NCBI GenBank assembly: GCA_963758525.1
Contig: CAVWVQ010000003.1
Location: 3,072,001-3,136,000 of the forward strand
DNA: 64,000 nt
DNA from: an uncultured Phycisphaerales bacterium
GTDB lineage: Bacteria; Planctomycetota; Phycisphaerae; Tepidisphaerales; Tepidisphaeraceae
Direction of reading: 5' to 3'
Shown here: piece after piece, positions 49,741 to 59,470 of the stretch
How positions within the stretch are numbered: position 1 is the first letter of the stretch
Layout: each line of letters opens with the position of its first letter
Notes under the pieces: generated by a model
Told to the model about the DNA's origin: nothing
Database searches by the model: none
What the model saw: the letters and a program-made list of their open reading frames with translations, nothing else
Position numbers and translations under genes: made by a program

Positions 49741-49908
49741 TCAAACGTGCCGCTGCGATGAGAGTCGCCGGGGATCAGACCCCAACTGCTCAACTGCCTC
49801 CCGGCCACTCGTGTCAAAACGACTGCTTTTACGAGACCGCCACAGGAGCAAGACGGCGTCGTAGTCGGCTTCGGCCTTTTGCACCCACTGTTGGGTCTGA
49901 GCGGTCAT
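49741..49908 (-). pseudogene. Truncated HEPN-domain protein
   Basis: MTAQTQQWVQKAEADYDAV (typical HEPN start) but only about 55 aa; FHAQQ..EK core absent. Confidence 0.65.
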
Positions 49909-50245
49909 GCAGGATGATTCCTTTCTCCAAGACCTCCACGACAAACCACTCGCGTTCGCTTATTGACCTGCGAAGCTCGGCGGCCGAGCGAACCAGCAGA
50001 TCCATGGGGAAAGTGACCGTGACCGCGAGTCGAATCCGCGTGGCCGTCCGATGACCCGGCCCGCGGTGCGGCATCACGATCAGAATATCCACGTCGGAGT
50101 CGGAAGTGGGTTCGCCATATGCATACGAGCCGAAAAGAATAATCTTCTCGGGCTTGAACAGGCGAACCACATCGTCCGCGAATCGCACAATGACACTCGC
50201 GTCGATCGAACGGTCGCGATGTAAGGTGCTTGCGGCGTTGTGCAT
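49829..50245 (-). CDS. Minimal nucleotidyltransferase (MNT) antitoxin
   Basis: KIILFGSYAYGEPTSDSDVDILIV, PMDLLV, EVLEKGIIL. Confidence 0.88.
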   Translation of the reverse strand: MHNAASTLHRDRSIDASVIVRFADDVVRLFKPEKIILFGSYAYGEPTSDSDVDILIVMPHRGPGHRTATRIRLAVTVTFPMDLLVRSAAELRRSISEREWFVVEVLEKGIILHDRSDPTVGAKGRSRLRRRLAPVAVS

Positions 50246-50266
50246 TTTGATTCGGAGTCTGTCGCG

Positions 50267-51622
50267 TCACTCCGCGGTCCCCGACCATGCGGGGTATTTC
50301 TGCATCACCATCTCCAACGCAACTTGCATCATGTCGGGATTGAGCCGGATGGCGGCTTTCTTTTCCAGCTCCTCGCGCACCTGCTCGCGCAAGGTATTGA
50401 ACTGCTGGCGGCGAAGTGTTTCATAAATCTTTTCCTGCACGTCCTGATCCGCGAATGCCTGCACCTTGCCGCCTTTGCGCTGCTCCAGCTTGGCCAGGTA
50501 CAGGAAGTTGCCGTCCTTGATGATCCCGGTCATCTCGCCCGGCTGCAGCTTCCAGATTGCCTCGTCCACAGACGATGCAACGAATGCGCCGCGGCTCATC
50601 CATTCGCCTGATTGCGGATCGCCCTTGCTGGACAGGAGCAATGCATCATCGTTGACCTCGCCAGCGACCTGCGCGAAGTCCGCGCCGTTGTTGATGCGAT
50701 CGCGCGCTTGCGTGATCTTCGCGACGGCTTCGTCGGGAGTGGTGTATTTATCGATGTCGATCCGGATGACGCGGAAGCGCACCAGGGCCGGTTGCGTAAA
50801 TTCCTTGTCCCGATTGGCCTCGTAGTAGTCGCGGATGTCCGAGGCGGAAATCTGAATTTGCGGAACGACGCGTCGCTGATAGTAGAGCTGCGTCATGATC
50901 AGCCGGTAGTGCTGGCGGGCGAGTTCATCGAGCGTGGTCCCGTCCTCGATTGCCCGTCGCTTGGCCAGCTCGACGGAGCCGCCGGCGTGCGCGATCTGCT
51001 CCGCGCGCGAATGAATGGTTTCCTGCGTGGCGAGCTGTTCGTCTTTGGATTCGAGGTTGCGTTTGGCGGCGGTGAACTCCACGTCCGCGTGAATGAACTC
51101 CATGACCTGCCGTTGAATCAAATCAGCCGCCACGTCGCGAAACCGGGTCGCGTCATACTTCTTGGCCTCGGCGGCCAGCGGACGATCCAGCACCGCCAAC
51201 ACCTTGTCGGCATAAATCGGCTCGCTGTCGACGTCGCCCAGCACGCTCCCGATGACTTGATCGACGCCGGTGGTATTGCCGCCGAACGCGCGCGTTGTTG
51301 GAGCGGTGGCAGGCGGCGCGGGATTTTCATTAGCCGCGATCTCCGGAGAAACCACGGCTTCGCGGACGGTCTTTGAGATAGAGCGGTTAGCCGGGTCTGT
51401 TCGCGCGTCGGGCACAGGGGTGACCCGCGCGGTGTTGTAGAGGGGCGGCCAGGTCTTATCGACCGGCCCTTCGGACGGCGCATCCGGCGGGCGCACCAGA
51501 AACGACTCGGGATTCAGCGGATGGGCCGGCGAAATCACATCCGCGCATCCGCCGAGCAGCGTCGCAAGCAACGCGCCCGCGATCGAGCCAGCAGTTAGAA
51601 GCGTGCGGCGAAAATCCATCAC
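50267..51622 (-). CDS. SurA/PrsA-like parvulin peptidyl-prolyl isomerase, lipoprotein
   Basis: Lipobox LLGGC; IRDYYEAN; GADFAQVA; EAIWKLQPGEMTGII. Confidence 0.85.
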   Translation of the reverse strand: MMDFRRTLLTAGSIAGALLATLLGGCADVISPAHPLNPESFLVRPPDAPSEGPVDKTWPPLYNTARVTPVPDARTDPANRSISKTVREAVVSPEIAANENPAPPATAPTTRAFGGNTTGVDQVIGSVLGDVDSEPIYADKVLAVLDRPLAAEAKKYDATRFRDVAADLIQRQVMEFIHADVEFTAAKRNLESKDEQLATQETIHSRAEQIAHAGGSVELAKRRAIEDGTTLDELARQHYRLIMTQLYYQRRVVPQIQISASDIRDYYEANRDKEFTQPALVRFRVIRIDIDKYTTPDEAVAKITQARDRINNGADFAQVAGEVNDDALLLSSKGDPQSGEWMSRGAFVASSVDEAIWKLQPGEMTGIIKDGNFLYLAKLEQRKGGKVQAFADQDVQEKIYETLRRQQFNTLREQVREELEKKAAIRLNPDMMQVALEMVMQKYPAWSGTAE

Positions 51623-51737
51623 GATCTCTCCTCAAGCTGACAATGTTAGCGTCGGTGTCGTGATTATTCATCTGGCAAGATATCACGGGGCGTGGAACGG
51701 ACGTGCGCGAATTTGCGAGGCGGGTGTCTTCCTGCCT

Positions 51738-51850
51738 CCTCCCCTCGTGCCCAGGGGGAGGATTGAGGTGGGGGGAAATCGTGAAACTAACGTGGCCCGC
51801 CGGATGGACGGACCCCCACCCCAACCCTCCCCCGGAGTACCAGGGGAGGG
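51738..51850. repeat. Inverted pair of CCCCCACCCCAACCCTCCCC-type repeats
   Basis: cctcccctcgtgcccagggggaggattgaggtgggg ... cccccaccccaaccctcccccggagtaccaggggagggg. Confidence 0.7.
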
Positions 51851-52031
51851 GGCCGGGGCGGATACGGCCTTGAATGAACTTGCCCTGGAAAGTCGCGCGC
51901 CCATACCCATACGAGCCGCCAGACCCACCCGCTTGCTCGAAAGACGACCGGTGGGCGAGTACACCCACCCTGCATTTTCAGTCTCCCGCGAGCGAGCGGA
52001 GAGTCATGGAAAAACTCCGTGAGTTTTAAAC

Positions 52032-54333
52032 CTATTGATCCGCAAGCTGCGATGGAACGACCGGCATGCCTCCGTGTCTCCGTGCCTCCGTGGTGAACTC
52101 TTCCTGGAGCGCAAGTTTCGGTTGTTCCCGCTCGGCCGATCGCAGCAGCAGCGCATTTCCAATCACCGTGACGTCGGACAACGCCATTGCCGCGGCGGCA
52201 ATCAGGGGCGTCAGCAGGCCCAGCGCGGCCAGCGGGATGGCCAGCACATTGTAGAGAAACGCGAAGAACAGATTCTGGCGGATCTTGGACATGGTCGCCC
52301 GGCTGAGCCGAATCGCGGCAGCGACGCCGTGCAGGCTGCCGGAAATGAGCACGATGTCGCCGGTCTCTTTGGCGATGTCCGAGCCGCTGCCGATGGCGAT
52401 CCCCAGATCGGCCAACGCCAGTGCCGGAGCGTCGTTGATTCCGTCGCCGACCATGGCGACGACATGACCCGCCGCCTGCAGGGAGGCAATCACTTCCGCC
52501 TTTTGCGCGGGCTTCACCTTGCGCGGACGTCTTGGATTCCTACAGCGCGCACGACTTCGTTGGCAACCGCCGCCGTGTCTCCGGTGAGCAGCACGGTTGT
52601 CAGGCCCATCGCCTGCAATTCCGCGATCGCGGCGGCGGAGTCGGGCTTGATCGCATCGGAAATCGCGATCGAGCCGATCAGCTCTACGCCGTGTTTGGTC
52701 CGCAGCGCGACGTGAACCAGCGTTTGCGCCAGAGGCGCTCCGTCGAGATTGGGGACCGGTCCGTGCTGTTCGAGCAGTTCGAGATTGCCGACGAGAATGG
52801 TGCGGCCGTCAATCTCAGCGACGATTCCCATCCCCGGCTCGGTGTTGAACGATGTCGGCTGGGCATAGCTGAGCTTTCGCTCCCGCGCCGCCGCGATGAT
52901 GGCGCCGGCGAGGGGGTGCTGGCTGAACTGTTCCGCGGCGGCCGCGAGCCGGAGTATCTCACTTTCGTCATTTCCATCAACGGGGATCACCCGCGTAACA
53001 GTCGGCTTGCCCGCGGTGATCGTCCCGGTTTTGTCGAGGACGACGGTATCGATTCTGCGGGCACTCTGCAGAGCGTCGATGTTGCGAATGAGAATTCCGC
53101 GTTTGGCGCCGCGGCCGGTTCCGACCATCAATGCGGCGGGAACTGCCAGGCCCAGGGCGCAGGGGCACGCAATAATCAGCACGCTGCAAACGGCGTTCGC
53201 GGTGCGGGCGCAGGTCGCCGTCAAAGGCAACCCGTGGGCGGCGCCCCAGGCGTACCATCCGGCCGCGGTGATGGCGGCGATGAACAACACTGCGGGGACG
53301 AAGACGGCCGCCACCTGATCCGCGATGCGCTGCACCGGCGGCTTGCTTGACTGCGCCGTCTCGACCATGTGCACGATCTGCGCCAGCGCCGTCTGGCTTC
53401 CGGTTGCGGAAATCTTCGCCTGCAGCGCGCCGGTCTGATTGATCGTTCCGCCGATGATCTGATCGCCCGGTCCCCGAGGCACGGGCAGCGACTCTCCGGT
53501 GAGCATCGATTCATCGATCGACGATCTCCCGGCAAAGACCACCGCATCCGCCGGCACACGCTCGCCCGGGCGAATCAGCACGCGATCGCCAACAACGAGC
53601 TCTGAAACCGGCACATCCTGCGTCTGCAGATTGACCAATTGATGGGCGATCGCCGGCGTGAGGTTCAACAGCTCGTGAATGGCCGACCCGGCGGATTGCC
53701 GGGCGCGAGCTTCAAGATAATGGCCCAGGCTGATCAGCGCGAGCAACCCGCTGGCCTCCATGAAGTACAGTTGCGGCTCGCGCGCCCACCAATGCAGCAG
53801 ATATCCCGCGAACGCGATGAGGCTGTAGAAGTAAGCGACCGAAGCGCCCATCGAAATGAGCGTGTCCATGTTGCTGGTGCGCTGCGCAACGCCGCAAAGG
53901 CGCTCGCGTAAAACGCCCGGCCGACGTAGACGATCGCGATCGTGCTCGCGATCAGCGACGGCCAGTCGAGATTCAGCATGTGCCCTGCCAGGTGCGAAAT
54001 CCAGTGCAGCAATTCGATCGGCAGCCAGAGAATCACGCCGGCAACGGCGCGATTCAGCCAGGAGCGGGCATGGAGCGCCTGGGCGGCGAGGCGTTGCGCT
54101 TCGCCGGTTTCAGCATTGGATTCCGGATGAGACGGATAGCCGACATTGGTGATCGCCGTTGCGATCTGATCTGACGAGACCTTCTTTGGATCAAATTGAA
54201 CCACCGCGCGACCGCGAGCGAGGTTGACCCGCGCATCTTCCACGCCCGGCAGGGCGCGTGCCGCCTTCTCCACGTGTGCGACGCAACTCGCGCAGTCCAT
54301 TCCCCCGACGTCAAATGCCGCTTCCGTGGTCAT
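52032..54333 (-). CDS. copA: Cu(I)-type P1B heavy-metal ATPase; frameshifts ~53880 and ~52517
   Basis: GMDCASC, TGES, CPCALG, DKTGT, HP, GDGIND, YNVLAIP, AMALSD. Confidence 0.9.
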
Positions 54334-54361
54334 CTGTCCGAATCATAGGCGATTTCCCCAT

Positions 54362-55252
54362 TCAAGCAGTACGGGACGCCCATTTCGCGGGGAGGGATTT
54401 TGCGGCGAAGACGATGCCGAAGAGCAGGCACAGCATCCCGACGACGCAGGCGCCGCTGGAGATGTCTCCCAGTTGCAGGCTCAGCAGAATTCCCGCAAGC
54501 GTTCCGCAAAGTCCCGTCAGCCAGGACAGGAGCAGGGCGGGGCCAAGGCGTTTGCTGACGAGCAGGGCGGTTGCGCCGGGAATGACGAGCATCGCCGAGA
54601 CGAGTACGAAGCCGGCCAGGCGGATGGTCAGGACAATGGTGACAGCCAGCGCGAGCAGCAGCAGGTAATGTACCAGCGTGGTGCGAACGCCGTAGACCCG
54701 GCTCACTTCTTCGTCGAAGCAGAAGAAGACGATTTCCTTGAAGAACAGCGCCAGCACCGCCAGCAGCACTGCGGTCACGACGACGGCCAGGATCATGTCG
54801 GACCGTCCGATGGAGACCAGTGATCCAAAGAGGAGGTCTTCAAGGTTAGGCGGGGCTTGAGGGCGTCCGAGCCAGTGAACATACCAGGCGGCGCCCTGCA
54901 CGTTTCGACGGAGATCGCTCATGAAGATGCCCCACGCCATCGCGGCCACGAGGACGATGCCGATCGCGCTGTCCGGCTCCAGTTGCCGCCGGCGGGTGAG
55001 CACCCCGATCCCGGCGGCCATCGCGAGGCAGAACGCCAGCACCAGCAGATACTGGTTGAATCCGACCATGCCAAGGAAGACCGCCGTTCCAATGCCCCCA
55101 AAGCCGGCATGACTCAGCCCTTCGCCGATAAATGCCATGCGCTTCAGCACGACGACGACCGAGAGGAGCGAGCAGAGCGTGGCGATCGCCGCGCCGGCGA
55201 TCATTGCGTGGCGGGCGAACTCGTGTTCGATGATCCAGTGGAAGGCTTGCAT
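54362..55252 (-). CDS. Zn/Mn ABC transporter permease (ZnuB-like)
   Basis: KRMAFIGEGLSHAGFGG, LLFGS, LVSAMLVIPGATA. Confidence 0.9.
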   Translation of the reverse strand: MQAFHWIIEHEFARHAMIAGAAIATLCSLLSVVVVLKRMAFIGEGLSHAGFGGIGTAVFLGMVGFNQYLLVLAFCLAMAAGIGVLTRRRQLEPDSAIGIVLVAAMAWGIFMSDLRRNVQGAAWYVHWLGRPQAPPNLEDLLFGSLVSIGRSDMILAVVVTAVLLAVLALFFKEIVFFCFDEEVSRVYGVRTTLVHYLLLLALAVTIVLTIRLAGFVLVSAMLVIPGATALLVSKRLGPALLLSWLTGLCGTLAGILLSLQLGDISSGACVVGMLCLLFGIVFAAKSLPAKWASRTA

Positions 55253-55256
55253 GTTA

Positions 55257-55365
55257 GGGGAAGGCACGAAGGCACGAAGGCACGGAGGCACGAAGGGAAG
55301 GAAGGGGAAGCTCGGGGAAGGCACGAAGGCACGAAGGCACGGAGGCACGAAGGGAAGGAAGGGGA
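55257..55365. repeat. Perfect 52-bp direct duplication (period 57) of an octamer array, directly upstream of the permease ATG
   Basis: ggggaaggcacgaaggcacgaaggcacggaggcacgaagggaaggaagggga at 55257 and 55314. Confidence 0.9.
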
Positions 55366-55510
55366 GGTGGCGTTGGAAACGAGGGTCTTCCGTCGGTTCG
55401 CAATTGGTGATTTGCGGGATTATTTGCAGTCTGCAATTCGCTGTCGCGAATTGGCGTGCCGCCGGGTGTCGAGGGGGACCGATCTAGCAGTATTGCGGCG
55501 TTGGCAATAT

Positions 55511-56377
55511 TCATTTCCGGTCCCCGCTGGCGGGCTCGGAGCCCAGCACGGCGTCGTATCCATGTTGGAAGACGGCTCTCAATACTTGCGGCGTGAGACC
55601 CTGCGGCGCGTCGTGATAGTGTATGGTTTTGCGGAGACACGCGATGCGCGTGCAGCCGGCGGCGAGGGCTTCGATGTCGTGACTGACGACGATGACTGTG
55701 AGCTTGAGCGATTGATGCAATTCTCGGATCAGCGAACCGATTTCGCGCTGGCCGGGGGCGTCGATCCCGGACATGGGCTCATCGAGGATGACGATTTGCG
55801 GCCGGGCGACCAGCGCGCGAGCGATGAAGATCCGCTGCTGCTGACCGCCGGAGAGCTCGCCGATGGGCGCATCGGCGAGATGCGCGACTCCAACGCGTTG
55901 CATCATCATTTCCGCGTACTGGAGGTCCGCCGGGGCGTGGCGTCGAAAAAGGCCGGTTTTTCCGACGAGGCCGAGGCGGACGACTTGTCTTGCCGTCAGG
56001 GGGAATCGCCATTCGGCACTGTTGCGTTGGGGAACATAGCCGACGATATCGCCGCGCCGGCACGCTTGCGCCGGGGAGAGGCCCGCGACAGTGACGGTTC
56101 CGCTGTAGCCGTTGAGGAGGCCGAGCATGATCCGAAGCAGCGTTGTCTTTCCCGCCCCGTTGGGACCGATGATGCCCAGATTCATGCCCGACTCGACATT
56201 GAGGCTCACATCTTCCAAAACATTGATCGATTTCCCCGCGCCAGCGCCGCGGCCGCGATAACTGAAGCCAACGTGCTCGACGCGGATCGCGTCGTTGGCG
56301 GAGCGCAGCGGTTCGGCCGCGCCGCAATGGTCGTGATCCGCGTGGCCGCAGGAGGTTGTTGCGACAGCGTCATTCAT
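55511..56377 (-). CDS. Zn/Mn ABC transporter ATP-binding protein (ZnuC-like)
   Basis: His/Cys N-terminus CGHADHDHC; GPNGAGKT; GYVPQ; LSGGQQQR; LDEP; SHD. Confidence 0.92.
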   Translation of the reverse strand: MNDAVATTSCGHADHDHCGAAEPLRSANDAIRVEHVGFSYRGRGAGAGKSINVLEDVSLNVESGMNLGIIGPNGAGKTTLLRIMLGLLNGYSGTVTVAGLSPAQACRRGDIVGYVPQRNSAEWRFPLTARQVVRLGLVGKTGLFRRHAPADLQYAEMMMQRVGVAHLADAPIGELSGGQQQRIFIARALVARPQIVILDEPMSGIDAPGQREIGSLIRELHQSLKLTVIVVSHDIEALAAGCTRIACLRKTIHYHDAPQGLTPQVLRAVFQHGYDAVLGSEPASGDRK

Positions 56378-57548
56378 GGCTTGGGCGATTGCCCTTCCGC
56401 CAGCACATTTACATCCGATTTGAGCATCGCCTGATAGCTGTCGTAGCCGGGAATCGACGGGCCGCCAAGGTCGTCCAGCGACAGCACGCGCACCCCCGAC
56501 TCCTCGCGCAGCATATCGGTGGCGCGCGGCGGATATTGCGGCTCGGCATAGATCACGCGCAGGTGGTACCGCCGGATCGCGTCCAGCGCCTCGACAAGGT
56601 CTTTGGGCGAGACTTCGCCGCCCGGCGCAAGCTCGATTTCCGTCAGATGCGCCACCGCGCCAGGCCGTATCGCGTTGCCAGCGGGTCATACGCGTTGTGA
56701 TACGAGACAAACTCCTTCACGGGAACGGCCGTGAGCTGCCGGCGGAACGCTTCGTCCATTTTATCAAGATCATGCTGGAGCGTTTGCGCCCGTGCCGCAA
56801 TGTCGGCCGAATGGGCCGGGTACTGCTGCGCCAGCGCCTCGGCCAGCACTCCGACAAAATCCTTCGTGTATGCCGGGTCCATCCACAGATGCGGATTGCG
56901 GCCCATGGCTCGCGTCACTTCCGCCGGCGTCGAGCCGGCCATGCGGATGACCCGCAGGTCTTTGCGCGCCACCTGCTGCGCCGCGCGATCCGCCCAGCCG
57001 TCGAGATTCAGGCCGACTTCGACCAGCAGATCGGCCCTGCTCAGGGGCTCCATCTGCGCCGGCTGCGGTTCAAAATCGTGAGGACTGCTGCCGGGCGGCA
57101 TCAGTAATTCGACGTTGGCCCAGTCGCCCGTCAGTTGGCCGACGATGCTCTGCAGCGGAAAGATCGTCGCCACGATGACGGGGCGTGTGTCGGATTTGGC
57201 TACCGTGTCGCGCCCGCAGCCCGCCAAAAGACCTGGGGCGAAGATAAAGAAAAAGAACACCATCGACGCGAATTTGCGCAGTCTCGCGATCCGGAACCGC
57301 GCGCCGAGAAGCCGCAACCAAATCACCCTCACCCCAACCCTCTCCCGGCGTACCGGGAGAGGGGGCCGGACGCTGGCGAATGATAGGGGTGCGTCAGGAT
57401 TCTTCCCGTCGTTGTCTCGCAATCGCGGGAACCGCGGCGGGATGAATTCCGCCCTACGTGAGATCAACCTGCGGCTCAGCGTACGGCCCACTCGTGCGAT
57501 CCCATTCCTGAACCCTGAACCCTGTACCTTGAACCCTCCTTCCGGCAT
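56374..57548 (-). CDS. Zn/Mn ABC substrate-binding lipoprotein (ZnuA-like); frameshift ~56660; start 57548 or 57263
   Basis: Lipobox LLAGC; SPHDFEP; NPHLWMDP; YHNAY; IYAEPQ. Confidence 0.88.
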
Positions 57549-57985
57549 CACGCGCACCTCGGACACAATCCGTGCAGCAGCACTTCGGGAAATTTCACGT
57601 GATAATCCCGGCGGACGTGCAGCGACTTCACGAACGAGTCGGGAATCGGCGCGTCCTCCAGGCACTCGACCGTGCCGCATTCGTCGCAGACAAAATGCGG
57701 ATGACGATGTGCCGCGCGCGGCTGCGGCGCGCCCAGGGCATAGCTCCAGGAGCGGTCCTTGGCGCGGATGCGGTGGATCAACTGCAACTCAGTGAAGGTG
57801 TTCAGCGTGCGATAGACGGTGACGGTGTCTGTCGCATCGGGGAGAAGCTGGAGCATTTGCGGCGCAGTCAGCGGCTGGGTGCTTTGCTCCAGCAGCTTCA
57901 GCAGCGCCAGCCGCACCGGCGTCCGCCGCAGCTTTGCACTTTGCAGCAACTGATCGATCGAGGGTTTGGAGTGAGCTGAATCCAT
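57548..57985 (-). CDS. Fur/Zur-family transcriptional regulator
   Basis: RRTPVR, TVTVYRTL, HRHPHFVCDECG, GLCPRC. Confidence 0.92.
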   Translation of the reverse strand: MDSAHSKPSIDQLLQSAKLRRTPVRLALLKLLEQSTQPLTAPQMLQLLPDATDTVTVYRTLNTFTELQLIHRIRAKDRSWSYALGAPQPRAAHRHPHFVCDECGTVECLEDAPIPDSFVKSLHVRRDYHVKFPEVLLHGLCPRCA

Positions 57986-58001
57986 GGGTTGTTCCAAAGC
58001 A

Positions 58002-59369
58002 TCAGCCGGTGACCAGATTCGTCGCGACCGGTGTGCGGTAGGCTTTGAGGGCCGGCACGAGCCCGGCGATCAGCGCGACGACAATTACGGCGATCAGATA
58101 CACCCATTCGTACTTGTCGACGTGGATCCAGTTGATCCCTTCCCCGATGTACTCATTGAGATAAAACGAGCCGACCCCCGCCAGCAGATGTCCCGCAAGC
58201 AAGCCGAGCAATCCGCCCGCGATGCCGATGATGCTCGACTCCAGGCAGATCAGCAGCAGCACCTTGCCGCGCGTCGCGCCCAGGGCGCGGAGAATCGCGA
58301 TTTCGCGCAGCCGCGCGGAGACCGAGTTGTAGATGCTCACAAGAATTCCCACCGCCGCGACCACCGTCACCAGCAGTGCGATGATCAGAAGGACCAGCGT
58401 CGGTCCCTGCAGGAACGTGCTGAAGAATTCGCGCATCACGCTGGCGGGGTTGACCGCCATCGCTTCATTCCCGTTGTTGATGGTGTACATCAACTGTTCG
58501 GCGGTGAATCCGCTGCGCGCTTTGATGAGAATCGCGGACACCTCCCACATTTCCTGCGGGACCAGCAGCTTGAACGTTTTGTCGGGATTCATGACATAGA
58601 CCGGAATCTCATCCGCGTCGATGTTCTGCGGCGGGGGCGGCAAATGGTTCTGGATATACCATTGCGATTTGAGCCCCACCGCGTGCTCCGCGATCGTGTA
58701 GAGGCTCTTGAACGGAATGAAGACGACGCGATCGTTGGCGGTATGGGTCGGCTTGAGGATGCCGACAACCGTCCACACCTCGGGGTGAATATCAGGCGTC
58801 TCGCCCGGACGGGGCATCCCGTGCGTCGCCTGAAACGTCGATCCGATGTGCAGGCTGGTGAGCTTTGCGAGCTCGGACCCGATGACGGCTTCGAATTTCT
58901 CCGGACCAAAAACGTGGCCGTCCTGCAGTTCATAACGCCTGCCCGGGCGGTATTCCATCACTTTGTCCGCTTCCAGCGGGTTGCCATCGTCGTCGACTCC
59001 GAACAACTTTGTCGACGTTCCCACGATGCGAAACTTCCCCTGATAGGTGTCTCCGACCACATATGGAATCGCGATTCGCACATCGGCGTGATACTTGCGA
59101 AGCATGTCTCCGTACAACGAATACGGAATGTTCCCCGGGCTCTTGTCCATGTGATAGACGGTATTGAGGACGAGTTGTGTCCCCGAACCCTGCTTTCCGA
59201 CGATCACTTCGTAGCCGTAATCAGTCTGCCCGAAGAGCGCGCCGGCCTGGCCGCGGAGGATGATGATAGATGTTGCCAGGGCCACGCCGAGCGTGACGGA
59301 CAGGAGCGTGAGCCAGGTGGAGAGGGCTCGCTGCCGCATGTTTTTCAGGACGAGTTGGAAGGGGTTCAT
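58002..59369 (-). CDS. MacB/FtsX-type ABC permease (ZrgC-like)
   Basis: GSGTQLVLNTVYH, FEAVIGS, HG, REIAILRALGA, GLVPALKAY. Confidence 0.88.
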   Translation of the reverse strand: MNPFQLVLKNMRQRALSTWLTLLSVTLGVALATSIIILRGQAGALFGQTDYGYEVIVGKQGSGTQLVLNTVYHMDKSPGNIPYSLYGDMLRKYHADVRIAIPYVVGDTYQGKFRIVGTSTKLFGVDDDGNPLEADKVMEYRPGRRYELQDGHVFGPEKFEAVIGSELAKLTSLHIGSTFQATHGMPRPGETPDIHPEVWTVVGILKPTHTANDRVVFIPFKSLYTIAEHAVGLKSQWYIQNHLPPPPQNIDADEIPVYVMNPDKTFKLLVPQEMWEVSAILIKARSGFTAEQLMYTINNGNEAMAVNPASVMREFFSTFLQGPTLVLLIIALLVTVVAAVGILVSIYNSVSARLREIAILRALGATRGKVLLLICLESSIIGIAGGLLGLLAGHLLAGVGSFYLNEYIGEGINWIHVDKYEWVYLIAVIVVALIAGLVPALKAYRTPVATNLVTG

Positions 59370-59452
59370 ACGGGAATCTCAAATCTCAAATTTCAAATCT
59401 CAAATTTCAAATACGGGAATCTCAAATCTCAAATTTCAAATGTCAAATGTCA
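59368..59452. repeat. AT-rich heptamer array (TCTCAAA/TTTCAAA) with 43-bp-period duplication, abutting start codon
   Basis: atacgggaatctcaaatctcaaatttcaaat at 59368 and 59411. Confidence 0.9.
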
Positions 59453-59470
59453 TATATCGCAGATTCCGCC

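Noticed and set aside
39570..56660. Programmed ribosomal frameshifting in host genes
   Set aside because: No slippery heptamers at the breaks, and the number of breaks fits sequencing error; only the IS5 AAAGGGGG site is a plausible programmed shift.
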